From Candidatus Dojkabacteria bacterium (GTDB taxonomy: Bacteria > Patescibacteriota > Dojkabacteria > B142 > OLB20), in contig JBHHUN010000004.1 of NCBI GenBank assembly GCA_046753765.1, positions 5,359 to 69,358 on the forward strand: DNA of 64,000 bases. Direction: 5' to 3'. The notes beneath the pieces were generated by a model, which saw nothing but the letters and a program-made list of their open reading frames with translations, was not told where the DNA came from and did no database searches. Position 1 is the stretch's first letter. Each line of letters opens with the position of its first letter. Below are positions 28,583 through 37,953 of this stretch, one piece after another. Made by a program: the position numbers and the translations under genes.

Positions 28583-28702
28583 AAAGATAGCTAGATTAGG
28601 CTAAAGTAGCTACTTTATATCACTAGGAAGCTCAAAATTGCAACAACACGGACGTGCTTAGCAGCCAATTTGCTATAATGACAGTCAGTAGATAATGTAC
28701 TT

Positions 28703-29398
28703 ATGTTTGTACCATTCTTCGATATAACCTATTTGATCTTCTCGCTCCCAGCAATATTAGTGGGCGTGGTAGCCAGCCTGCTTTTGCGTTACTGGACAGG
28801 TAAATACAGACAACAACTAAATGCCAACAGCGTTACTGGAGTCGAGGTGGCTGAACGAATCGCTCGTAAGCACGACTACCCGATACGGCTTGAGATCACC
28901 GAGCAACCACTTGGCGACAACTACAATCCCACCAACTCTACACTCACTCTCTCACGAGAGATAGCTCAAGAGAAGTCGATAACGGCGGTAGGAATCGCTG
29001 CACACGAGATGGGACACGTTGAGCAACATGCTTCGGGCAACGTCTTTTTCAGGCTCAGAACCTCAATCGTTCCAATAGTTAACCTTGGTAGCAGTCTCGG
29101 TTATTTTCTGTTGATAATCGGGATTATTATTGGACTTGTTCAGCTTGCCTGGTTGGGGATTGTCCTTTTTTCAGCAACAACGGTCTTTACACTTATTACG
29201 CTTCCTATCGAGCTTGATGCAAGTCGCAGAGCCCTTAAAATGATTCGCGAAAATCAGATTCTTTTCCCGAACGAAATCGGTGGTGTCAAAAAAGTGCTGA
29301 CTGCTGCTGCACTGACGTACGTTGCCGCAACACTCCAGTCATTCGGTGCCTTGATCTATTTCATTCTCCGTGTGCAGGGTATTGGACGGAACGACTAG
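28703..29398 (+). CDS. Membrane zinc metallopeptidase (PF04298-like putative neutral zinc metallopeptidase)
   Basis: 231 aa. HEMGH (HExxH) at about residue 100, with TM helices at the N-terminus and in the C-terminal half. Confidence 0.6.
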   Translation: MFVPFFDITYLIFSLPAILVGVVASLLLRYWTGKYRQQLNANSVTGVEVAERIARKHDYPIRLEITEQPLGDNYNPTNSTLTLSREIAQEKSITAVGIAAHEMGHVEQHASGNVFFRLRTSIVPIVNLGSSLGYFLLIIGIIIGLVQLAWLGIVLFSATTVFTLITLPIELDASRRALKMIRENQILFPNEIGGVKKVLTAAALTYVAATLQSFGALIYFILRVQGIGRND

Positions 29399-29411
29399 CC
29401 GAAAAGAACTA

Positions 29412-29467
29412 TTCCGAAATAAACAGCAAAAGACCCGAGCCGGTTTTACAAAACCAGCTCGGGTCTA
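29412..29467 (-). terminator. Intrinsic terminator at the 3' end of the RNase P RNA. The same palindrome is a possible weak bidirectional terminator for the upstream + gene.
   Basis: The 17-bp stem AGACCCGAGCCGGTTTT / AAAACCAGCTCGGGTCT is followed on the minus strand by UUUUGCUGUUUAUUU. Confidence 0.55.
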
Positions 29468-29870
29468 TCAAGCAACTAGCCAATAAGCCGGATTCTGTAT
29501 CCTCCACCTTCGCCAAAGCTTCGGTGGATTGAGATAGCTATTTCTCTAAACAGAAAATTATTAAGCCTTGATAATTTCCCGTTTCCAAATTCTGGTGCCC
29601 TGAATTTCCCAGGTTGCTCCAGGCAGGGGTTACACAGCACCAGATAATTGCTTACCTGGCCGGTGGTCTCTTACACCACCCTTTCACCCTTACCGCGTCA
29701 ATTCTAAGAACTAACGAGGCGGTTTGCTTTCTGTTGCCCTGTACCGTAAGTTCACACCTACCCGTGTCACCACGGTGCCATGTTTACCCACCCGTGGTGG
29801 GCGGAGTCCGGACTTTCCTCCAAGCCCATTTACAAACGGACTCGGCAGCTATCTAAGCTAGTATATGTAT
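29468..29870 (-). ncRNA. rnpB: RNase P RNA (bacterial type A)
   Basis: The reverse complement contains GGAGGAAAGUCCGGACUCC (CR-I/P4) and GGGCAACAGAAAGCAAACCGCC...GGUAAGGGUGAAAGGGUGGUGUAAGAGACCACC (CR-II/III, nearly identical to E. coli). It also contains ACAGAAUCCGGCUUAUUGGCUAGUU (the CR-V/P4 3' strand, P1). There is no protein ORF here, and the ends are approximate. Confidence 0.8.
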
Positions 29871-29893
29871 TATAGCAAAATCAGCGTTGGGGA

Positions 29894-30487
29894 CTAAATA
29901 TTGAGAGTCTCAGTAAAGTTATAGCTTTTGCCTTCAAATACGATCAATACCTTGATCTCGTATGCACCGTTATCGAGGATCTGTGAAAAACCGCTGGGAG
30001 AACTTATAGCCCGCTCAAACTCAAAGTAGTCAAAGCTTTCCGGTCCCAGGATGTTCCAAAAGATATCAAATTGCCCATTGCCACCATACTGGGAATTATT
30101 CACAAACGGCAAAGCTTCAAACTCAACTATCGACTCAGTATCTCCTCTTTTTGTGATGTCTGCTGTGATCTGTGCTGTGACAGTCTTGGTTGCCTGGATC
30201 TCAAAATCTTGCTGGATAGTGAAGCTGTAGCTAAATAACCCCAAACCTCCTACCATTACAGCAAGTGCTATGACAGAGTACAGCGATTTGCCGAGAAATC
30301 CATACTTTGGTTTCTCAAGGGTCCTGATTCGATGGATAAGATGGTTAACGTAGTAGACAATAGCCACAAAACTAATCAACGTAAAGACTCCGACTCCTAT
30401 CAGTGCGAAGCCCGTCAGTGAAAATGAAAATTCTGTACTAAAAAAATCCTGCATACTATTGAGTTTGACCTTCTGGTGACTGATCAC
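29894..30487 (-). CDS. Hypothetical membrane-anchored protein, the last gene of the VirB4 operon
   Basis: 197 aa. An N-terminal TM pair is followed by a beta-rich extracytoplasmic domain. It is separated from the virB4-like stop by 4 nt. Confidence 0.35.
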   Translation of the reverse strand: MISHQKVKLNSMQDFFSTEFSFSLTGFALIGVGVFTLISFVAIVYYVNHLIHRIRTLEKPKYGFLGKSLYSVIALAVMVGGLGLFSYSFTIQQDFEIQATKTVTAQITADITKRGDTESIVEFEALPFVNNSQYGGNGQFDIFWNILGPESFDYFEFERAISSPSGFSQILDNGAYEIKVLIVFEGKSYNFTETLNI

Positions 30488-30491
30488 CGTT

Positions 30492-32486
30492 TCAGTCCAT
30501 TGCCCGGTTCAGGTCTACGTCTTGGAACGGTTTAGATTCAGCCTGTGCTCCCTTGATATTATCAGCTAGGTTATCTCTTGTCATCTTCGTAATATTGGTA
30601 GCCTTTGTAACTTTTTCGGGCTTTAGTATCTCCCTTGGATTAGTTGTGATAAGGTTGTGTTCGTTTTCGCTCGCAATGACCTGCATAGCAACGTGATTAT
30701 TCCCTGCAAAAAACAGCCCTTCACCAATACCCGATGCGAGCAGAAAATCTCTTTCTCCATCAGTAAGATTGAACACCTCCTGAATCTTCTCAATCGCTGC
30801 CGTCGATTGCTTTAATAAGATCTGAATAGACGAATTTGTAACAACTGCTTTGCCGTAGTCAGACGAGAGAAAGTCAGTCACATCCTGACTTATAGTTGTC
30901 AAACCAAGCGCATACTTTCTGGCACGTTTTGCGACAGAATACACAAACCTGGACGCATCATCGTATTGCATCATCCACCACGCCTCATCAATTATCAACA
31001 ATCGCTGCCGTCGATCTTTTTTGACACGTGTCCAGATGTAATCAAGCATCATGTACATTGCGATTGGCCTCAATTCATCAGTTAGATCCCTAATGCTGAA
31101 TACAGTAAAAGTATTTGTAATCTCCACATTGGATTTTCTATCAAATATTCCAGATGCACTCCCTTTGAGGTACCTCTCAAGTCTTCTGGCAAGACCGTGT
31201 GCTTCATCTTCTGCCATTGCGTTAAGTATTTTATAAAGATCTTCAAGTAATGGAGGATCACGTTTCTGAGTACTCGGGTCCGGAGAAATACCCTTTTCTT
31301 TGTACGTCAAAATAAGAGCTCTGTCTAAGATTGCGCTCTCAATGGGAGTTAAGTTACCGCCGACCATTATCCTCACAAGTCCATGCAAATAAAGGATTTT
31401 AAAGCGCAGCTCATCTTCATCTTTCTCGTAGATCCCCGAAAGCTCAAACGGGTTCAATTTCTGTGAACCATCCTGGCTAAAAGAAATGTACTCTCCCCCA
31501 ATAGTTTCAGTCAGTTTCTCATATTCCTTTTCTGGATCGATAATAATAACGTGCGTACCAAACATCAGGCTCCTCATCGCCTCTAATTTCACAAAGTAAC
31601 TTTTACCTGCACCGGAGGTCGCAAACACAACCATATTTGCATTCGGCATCTGGAAGCGATCAAACACTATCAGACTTTTATTGTGTTTATTCACACCGTA
31701 CATAATCCCGTCATCCATAGTAAGTTCAGAAGATACAAATGGAAATGTTGTCGCCAGGGAGGTCGTATCCATATTTCTTGTCAGATGGATCATATCGCGT
31801 GCGAGTGGCATAGTTGTTACAAATCCCTGCTCTTGCTGCAGTGACGCAATTTTGACAATCACACCTATTGCAGAGAGCGTTGATTCAACGTTTCTGGAAA
31901 TCTTTTCAAGCTCTTTAAGATTAGTGGCCCTGACGGTCACATAAAGCCCGAAGTGAAAGAACTTCTCATTTCCGCTGGCAATCTGTTCCTGCAGATCTTC
32001 GGCATCTTTTAGCGCCACCTTAACAGACGGATCGGGGATTTTCCCGGCTTCGATGTCCAGGTTCAACGTTGCCTGCATCTCTGCAATCTTTCGCTTCAGC
32101 CTCTGCATTATCATTGCAGAGTCAACTGGATAGTAGAAAGTGCTGATTGTCATCGGCTTCTCAAAGTTGATGAGCGGGGCGAGCCAGTTAGCTCCAACCC
32201 ACCTTGGAAAACCTGTTGCGAAAAACGTCCTGAAGTACTTCCCACCGATGAGCATATGATTGAAATCAATCTCGATTGCCGGGGGCGCAATAATGTCTTT
32301 CACATCCATCACGCCCTGAGAGAACATCTGTACTGCCTGCTCCTCCTGTGTGACAAGGTCAGGTTTGACCTGTACATCAACTTTATCACCTTGCACCTGC
32401 TTTTTTTGTTGTGCAGTAGCCTGTTGCTGCAACTGCTTCTGATCTACCTTTGCTTTCTTTTTTCCAAAAAATGATAGTATTGACAT
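30492..32486 (-). CDS. VirB4/TrbE/CagE-family type IV secretion ATPase
   Basis: 664 aa. Walker A TSGAGKSYF and a DEAWWMM Walker B ('DEAW', as in VirB4). The size and motif spacing fit the VirB4 C-terminal ATPase domain. Confidence 0.6.
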   Translation of the reverse strand: MSILSFFGKKKAKVDQKQLQQQATAQQKKQVQGDKVDVQVKPDLVTQEEQAVQMFSQGVMDVKDIIAPPAIEIDFNHMLIGGKYFRTFFATGFPRWVGANWLAPLINFEKPMTISTFYYPVDSAMIMQRLKRKIAEMQATLNLDIEAGKIPDPSVKVALKDAEDLQEQIASGNEKFFHFGLYVTVRATNLKELEKISRNVESTLSAIGVIVKIASLQQEQGFVTTMPLARDMIHLTRNMDTTSLATTFPFVSSELTMDDGIMYGVNKHNKSLIVFDRFQMPNANMVVFATSGAGKSYFVKLEAMRSLMFGTHVIIIDPEKEYEKLTETIGGEYISFSQDGSQKLNPFELSGIYEKDEDELRFKILYLHGLVRIMVGGNLTPIESAILDRALILTYKEKGISPDPSTQKRDPPLLEDLYKILNAMAEDEAHGLARRLERYLKGSASGIFDRKSNVEITNTFTVFSIRDLTDELRPIAMYMMLDYIWTRVKKDRRQRLLIIDEAWWMMQYDDASRFVYSVAKRARKYALGLTTISQDVTDFLSSDYGKAVVTNSSIQILLKQSTAAIEKIQEVFNLTDGERDFLLASGIGEGLFFAGNNHVAMQVIASENEHNLITTNPREILKPEKVTKATNITKMTRDNLADNIKGAQAESKPFQDVDLNRAMD

Positions 32487-33208
32487 TAAATCTGTTGCTT
32501 CACATTAGATAAATTATCATCCTGCAGTTTGTCGGTGAGTGGCTCAACAATACTAGATGTAAACTGAGTTGGTGAAAGCTCAAGTTTGGAGAGACCGGGT
32601 CTGTCAGGATCATACATCGAATAATACAATCGTATTAACTCATCATTGGTCAGCTGACGAGCACTTATATTCATTCTCTTGAACTGCTTGATCAAATGAT
32701 CTCTTTTCGGATAGATTTTCACCTTTGTCTTCTGAAGGATACTTTTTATGTTTGTTATTTTGGGCTTCTGTCCAAATATCTGTTTAATTGTGCTAGTGCG
32801 TTGTACAGCCGCAACTACCTCAGGGATCACAACAAAGAAGCGCTTATCAAGAACCTCTGTGTTAAATGTTAGATTACGAATGAAACTGATGTATATGTCG
32901 ATCTGCCTCTTGAGCGCATTTGATATCTGCTGCTCCCGATATGCCTGCAGCTTCTCGATATACGCCGATAGATCAGAGCGCTCTGTTTTAATTACGATCT
33001 GCATCTGAAACTGCAATGAATTCATGAGCGCAGCAAATGCAACTATTTTTGCATCCTGTTCACGCTCTGAGAGCAGCTCAAAATTCAGTGCTGAAGTTTC
33101 CATCACCATAGAGACATTCCCATTCTTTAGAATCACCAGATCATCTCTGATGTCCTCGATCTCGAGGTGAGCCTGCGTTGTTATCTCTGATTGTGAAAAA
33201 ATCCCCAT
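32486..33208 (-). CDS. Hypothetical protein, possibly a VirB4 N-terminal-domain-like partner
   Basis: 240 aa, soluble. It is translationally coupled on both sides, with a 1-nt overlap to the VirB4-like ATPase. The region ILKNGNVSMVMETSALNFEL...IVAFAALMNSL weakly resembles the CagE/TrbE N-terminal domain. Confidence 0.3.
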   Translation of the reverse strand: MGIFSQSEITTQAHLEIEDIRDDLVILKNGNVSMVMETSALNFELLSEREQDAKIVAFAALMNSLQFQMQIVIKTERSDLSAYIEKLQAYREQQISNALKRQIDIYISFIRNLTFNTEVLDKRFFVVIPEVVAAVQRTSTIKQIFGQKPKITNIKSILQKTKVKIYPKRDHLIKQFKRMNISARQLTNDELIRLYYSMYDPDRPGLSKLELSPTQFTSSIVEPLTDKLQDDNLSNVKQQI

Positions 33209-34314
33209 TATTTAGCGCTGAACTTGTAATTTGGAAGCGGTTCTCCTGATAGTATAAGCTGAAACCTGTTAAATTTGAAACCATCAGCTTCAAGGTCAAT
33301 ATGATACGTTGCACTCGGAAGTGGTGTATTAAGACTGAATGTACCGTTCTGGGCGGAGACGACCCTTCTAACCAGCTTCTCTTTAAGATCCTTAACGCTG
33401 ATAGCAACATTAGGGATTGGCCTATTATTTTTATCCATCACTATACCAACGATAAGGTTTGGCTTACGGGTGCCGGGAACGTTCTCTTCAGTTTGTTCTT
33501 TTTTTGTTGTCTCTGCCTCAACCTCAACCTTGGTTTGCTGAACGGTCTGTTGCTTCGGCTCTTCCGGTGCTTTCTTTTCTGTCTGAAGAGGCCTGTTCAC
33601 CTTAGCTGTTCCCATATCAGTTACTACAGCAGCATAGTCCTCACCCTTGACCACAACTTCGCCTTCTATCGTTTTAGAAGCAATGTCACCAGCCAGGTTA
33701 TCCTGTCCGGGATCAATTCTGATTGTTCTTGGCTGAGGTGGTGGTGCAGTAACAGATGGTGGGGATTTCGGTGGTTTGACATCTCTTTTTACTTCTTCAA
33801 CCCTCGCGGTTTTTTTCTCGAGATCTTCTACAGCGAAATCAAAGTGCTGTTCTATCTGCGACAGTCTCGAACTCTCAACCTTATCTAAGGTGGGATCGGA
33901 ACGCTGTGAGAGAATTTCAAGTGGAAGCACAGATGATTTTCGCATTGCTTTCTCAGATTTTTGAATCCTCTCGATATCTTTCTTTTTTACCATTGACTTT
34001 TCTTCTTTCAAAATCTCTGGAATTACAGCTTTTTTCCTCCATACTCTCTGCTGGGAGGTGAATAGAGCGAGAACAAAATTCGCAATAAAGACCGTTGATG
34101 GCTGTCCGTTAATCTTAACCAGAGAAGTAAAGGCTCCCATTAATACTGAGAAGATTATCAGTACCACTCTCAAAATTACGGGGAAACCCGTAAAATAGAT
34201 AATAAGAGCGACTATGAAGCCGCCTGCAAGGTATCCAAACTGTCTAATGGTTAGGGCACCGAACAGTTTGAATTCCACGTCCATTATATTCTGTGGAACT
34301 GAATGCCTCTCCAT
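33208..34314 (-). CDS. Membrane protein with a VirB3/PrgI-like N-terminal 2-TM segment, a PT/K-rich linker and a C-terminal CarboxypepD_reg-like beta-sandwich
   Basis: 368 aa. The N-terminal FKLFGALTIRQFGYLAGGFIVALIIYF...VVLIIFSVLMGAF sits directly upstream of VirB4. The C-terminus NGTFSLNTPLPSATYHIDLEADGF is CarbopepD_reg-like. Confidence 0.35.
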   Translation of the reverse strand: MERHSVPQNIMDVEFKLFGALTIRQFGYLAGGFIVALIIYFTGFPVILRVVLIIFSVLMGAFTSLVKINGQPSTVFIANFVLALFTSQQRVWRKKAVIPEILKEEKSMVKKKDIERIQKSEKAMRKSSVLPLEILSQRSDPTLDKVESSRLSQIEQHFDFAVEDLEKKTARVEEVKRDVKPPKSPPSVTAPPPQPRTIRIDPGQDNLAGDIASKTIEGEVVVKGEDYAAVVTDMGTAKVNRPLQTEKKAPEEPKQQTVQQTKVEVEAETTKKEQTEENVPGTRKPNLIVGIVMDKNNRPIPNVAISVKDLKEKLVRRVVSAQNGTFSLNTPLPSATYHIDLEADGFKFNRFQLILSGEPLPNYKFSAK

Positions 34315-34331
34315 TTTGTATGCTAATGCAA

Positions 34332-34796
34332 CTAATCTACACTTATGATCTTAAACTCAATCTCTCCGACTGGCAAAGGAACCTTAATCCTGTCGCCCTT
34401 CTTCATGCCTTTAAGCGCGTCTCCAATCGGTGAGCTTATCGATATCCTTCCCTTTGTAGAATCTGCCTCGTTGTCTCCAACAAGCTCAAAACTTTGCTCA
34501 GTGTTGCTTGCAATGTTTTGTATCTTCACCTTGCTTCCGATACTAATGATACTACCGCTTTTCTTGCTTTTCACAACAGAGTTGTTAATGATCCCTTCAA
34601 TCTTTTTAATGCGATTTTCATTGAACTCTTTGCTTTCGAGAGCTGAGCTATACGCTGCATTTTCACTGAGATCGCCCTGTTGTCTTGCTTTATCGATGTC
34701 GTCTGCAATTTTGATGCGCGTCACCGATTTGCGCTCCGTAAGCTCACTCATTAACTCACTCAAACCTGATTTTGTTAAAACCGTTTTATCATCCAT
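34332..34796 (-). CDS. greA: Transcription elongation factor GreA
   Basis: 154 aa. N-terminal coiled-coil with the acidic tip DLSENAAYSSA. A C-terminal FKBP-like domain is present. Confidence 0.8.
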   Translation of the reverse strand: MDDKTVLTKSGLSELMSELTERKSVTRIKIADDIDKARQQGDLSENAAYSSALESKEFNENRIKKIEGIINNSVVKSKKSGSIISIGSKVKIQNIASNTEQSFELVGDNEADSTKGRISISSPIGDALKGMKKGDRIKVPLPVGEIEFKIISVD

Positions 34797-37700
34797 CCTG
34801 GGAAATTTCGAAACTAAAACTTTTCATCCCATCCATAACCCCAGTGTATACGTAACTCTGGTCCTGCCTGATATAGCTGTTGTCATCGGGAACAATGTTC
34901 AGAGATGGATCAAAGTTCAACTCTATGTCGTAGTTGGCAACTATGCCGGGACTCTTTATTAGGTCCAATGAATAATTATAACTCGCATTCGCGCTATTTT
35001 CAAAAGGCAATGTTGTAAACGAGGTTGAGTACTTCAAATCATCATCCTCCTGAAAGATTACACAGGCCTTATCCAAGGTGAAGTTAGATGTCACCAGATT
35101 ATCTTTCACACCGGAGAATGAAAAGTCTTTGGAACCACCAGGAGTACACAAATATGTATTTTGAATACTTTCCACTCCAGCCGAGTTAATCTCAACTGTT
35201 TTACTGGTGGTCATATCTTTGTTTACGTTTATGGTTGCACTGATGGTAATCAGTGGAAACTTATTTATTATTACGTCTTTCTGGTCGTAATTCAGGCCGA
35301 AGATTAATGAGTCGATTGACTTATCACCAGTTGGATCAGAAACATTGATGTAATTTTTAATCTGGATGTCATCTGCATACATTGGAAACTCACCAGCAGC
35401 ACGCGAGTCGCTTAGGATACTGAATGTCTCAAGAAAATCACCCTGAAAATCACTAAACTCCCTTTCAATTACCTTAGCAAACAGGTTGAGTACAATCTCG
35501 TTTCGAAAATCCTGGGTAGGTTTATCCCCCAACAACAGATTGATATTAGCCAAGAGGTTGGCTGAATTAAATTCGAGCTGTTGAAACTCTACCGACCCCC
35601 CACTATCGAGGAACTTCAGCAGTGTATTCAGGTTCACATCCATGACAACATCTGTTTGCCGGCTTTCTCTGGATTCGTAGTAATCCTTGTACGTTTTAAG
35701 AAATACCTGCTGATCACCGATGAGGCTTAGATCCCCCAACTCGATATTGTTTCTATTCACATCTTTATTCGAAAGAAGGTTGATCTCGCCGAGTGCGCTG
35801 TTTGAGACAGCAACGAAGTCCGAATCGAGGTCGGCTGTAGATTTAATGACGATATTCTTTACAACCCCAGACTCCATCTCAAAAGAGATAGTGCCAGCAA
35901 CCTCCCCACCTGCTGCGGAGTACCTGACGTTATCAGATACTACGAGTAGGTACGTCTTCTTGCCGTCATTGCCAAGTAACAGCGGTAAGAAATGATATGA
36001 CTTCTGAAGATGCTTCAGGTTAAGTACCTGTTTTTGCAGCAGGGTTAGGTTTCCGCCTATGACATCCTGTGCGTACTCTGGGAGGGAATCATGTTTTGCA
36101 CTCAGATCAAGGCTTGCCTTTTCAACCCTGTCTATGCCAATCCTAAAAAGTGAATCGCCATCACGCATCTCTTCGATTAACAGATTATAGTTACCACCAC
36201 CTGCAGCTGTTAGCATATTCGAATCGCTGAATCTGTACGTGATACCTGATTGAAACTGATCAATGTATGTAGTAAATGGCTCAAGAGCCGTAAATACGTC
36301 CTCAAGCCCCGTAGTAAACTGCACGCCATCGGCACTATAATTCTGAAGGTCGAGGTACATTTGCCTGTTTTGAGTCAGATCGAATAGATACTGAAGATCT
36401 TTTAGACGCTCTTGAGCCTCAAGTAAATGCGCTTTCAGTGTTTTGTTGTAATCCGCACTCGCTCTTAGATCAAACTGCTGCCCCGAAACTGCCAGACTCT
36501 CCAGGTTAGTTCGAATGAAGAAGATATTTTTTGCCAGACTTAGCGCAGGCGAAATCAAGATGAAGTAAACTGCCACAAAGGCAACAAGACCCATTGTTAT
36601 GAATAGTAGATCCGTTTGTGTTATGCTTCTTAGGAAATAGAATCGCTTTTTTACAGCGATGAAGATGTCATTAAATTTATAGCTCGCCTTCTCAAATAGC
36701 GTACGCCCCTGCTCGGGCGCCAGGCGCTTTCTGAGCTTGTTGTTTGCTACAACTATACTTCCCTTGCGTGCCTTTTCCTGGCTTTTCCTCTCAGTTATGA
36801 GCCTGTTCAACGCCCCCCCCAGTGTCTCCGGAGACTCTGGCTCTTCCTCTTCTTGACTATTGTTTCTTTCTATAATGAAAAAAAAGTCTCTGATCTTCGC
36901 CAGGAGTCCTCCTTGTGTTACTTTTGTTTTCCTTCCCCCACCCTCGGAATCATTGTCTCTATCATCTCTGCTACGAGGATTTGCAATCTCTTCACGAATA
37001 TAGTCAAGTGATTGCGCAAGGGCACGCTCAAGGCTCACCCTTGGGCTCCATCCAATTGAATGTAAGTTTGGAGCTGGTTTATACAGTTTCAGTGGAGGCA
37101 AGTAGTTATCGTTCTGATCAAACAGGATCTCTTTTGATTTTGGCTCCAGTTCAAGAAGTTTGTATGCAATTGAGAGAATCGTGACTTCTTCTTCATTTGC
37201 AAGTGTAAAAATCTTGCCCTTGGTGTTCATTGAAAACTGGGCTTTTAGTATCCCGTAAGCCGCATCGAGATGATGAATATAAAAATCTGTATCTAGGCCA
37301 TCGCCAGGTATCTTGAGGTTCTCCCCTTTTATTGCTGAGTACATCAACTCTACTATCTTTGAGCCAGGATCAAGCTCCATCCCATTTCCAATAATTTGCC
37401 CTACCCTTATGACGCGCGCATCTATACCAACTTTCTCCTCATATTCCTGTACCAGGCTCTCGGCGTACTTCTGAATCTCCATATCCGTATACACCTGATG
37501 GCCTGTCTTGGAACCAGAACCAAAGTTAATATCCAATTCACCCCTGGCAAGCACTAACTGATGTGCTTTTATTGACGTTGTAAGTAGAAACTTTGCCTCA
37601 AATTTGGTTGTCAGATCAAGGATTGAGTCCAGATAGTTTGAAGACTGTAAGAAATCCTGTGATGACACCTTTGAATCAAGGTCAGATGTCTTGTGCTGCA

Positions 37701-37953
37701 AATAAAACACATAGTCCAACCTTCTGAGATCTTCGTGTAGCTCAGACAACGCTGAGAAATCTAGAAGAGTAAAAAGCTTGTAATCACCCAGTTGACTGAG
37801 TAATCTCTGTGTTTCTTTTCCGTCTCTATCAACAATAATCACGTACCCTCCTTGTTCAAGAAGTGACTTCGCGAGCTCAATACCGAGCTGATCAGCTCCC
37901 CTGACAATCACTGATGTTGGATATCTAATTGTGTTTTGTAGAGCTTTTGACAT
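34789..37953 (-). CDS. Large fusion protein: N-terminal NAD(P)-epimerase/dehydratase-like Rossmann domain, acidic/RS-rich linker, one TM helix, and a roughly 590-aa extracytoplasmic domain of unknown function
   Basis: 1054 aa. The N-terminal ~330 aa have an extended-SDR fold with a degenerate glycine motif (VRGADQLG). A TM lies at about residues 440-465. No family was recognised for the C-terminal domain. Confidence 0.4.
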   Translation of the reverse strand: MSKALQNTIRYPTSVIVRGADQLGIELAKSLLEQGGYVIIVDRDGKETQRLLSQLGDYKLFTLLDFSALSELHEDLRRLDYVFYLQHKTSDLDSKVSSQDFLQSSNYLDSILDLTTKFEAKFLLTTSIKAHQLVLARGELDINFGSGSKTGHQVYTDMEIQKYAESLVQEYEEKVGIDARVIRVGQIIGNGMELDPGSKIVELMYSAIKGENLKIPGDGLDTDFYIHHLDAAYGILKAQFSMNTKGKIFTLANEEEVTILSIAYKLLELEPKSKEILFDQNDNYLPPLKLYKPAPNLHSIGWSPRVSLERALAQSLDYIREEIANPRSRDDRDNDSEGGGRKTKVTQGGLLAKIRDFFFIIERNNSQEEEEPESPETLGGALNRLITERKSQEKARKGSIVVANNKLRKRLAPEQGRTLFEKASYKFNDIFIAVKKRFYFLRSITQTDLLFITMGLVAFVAVYFILISPALSLAKNIFFIRTNLESLAVSGQQFDLRASADYNKTLKAHLLEAQERLKDLQYLFDLTQNRQMYLDLQNYSADGVQFTTGLEDVFTALEPFTTYIDQFQSGITYRFSDSNMLTAAGGGNYNLLIEEMRDGDSLFRIGIDRVEKASLDLSAKHDSLPEYAQDVIGGNLTLLQKQVLNLKHLQKSYHFLPLLLGNDGKKTYLLVVSDNVRYSAAGGEVAGTISFEMESGVVKNIVIKSTADLDSDFVAVSNSALGEINLLSNKDVNRNNIELGDLSLIGDQQVFLKTYKDYYESRESRQTDVVMDVNLNTLLKFLDSGGSVEFQQLEFNSANLLANINLLLGDKPTQDFRNEIVLNLFAKVIEREFSDFQGDFLETFSILSDSRAAGEFPMYADDIQIKNYINVSDPTGDKSIDSLIFGLNYDQKDVIINKFPLITISATINVNKDMTTSKTVEINSAGVESIQNTYLCTPGGSKDFSFSGVKDNLVTSNFTLDKACVIFQEDDDLKYSTSFTTLPFENSANASYNYSLDLIKSPGIVANYDIELNFDPSLNIVPDDNSYIRQDQSYVYTGVMDGMKSFSFEISQDG

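Noticed and set aside
29431-29467. The 17-bp palindrome as a plus-strand terminator for the Zn-peptidase gene
   Set aside because: No U-tract follows it on the plus strand. It is better explained as the rnpB terminator on the minus strand, with at most weak bidirectional activity.
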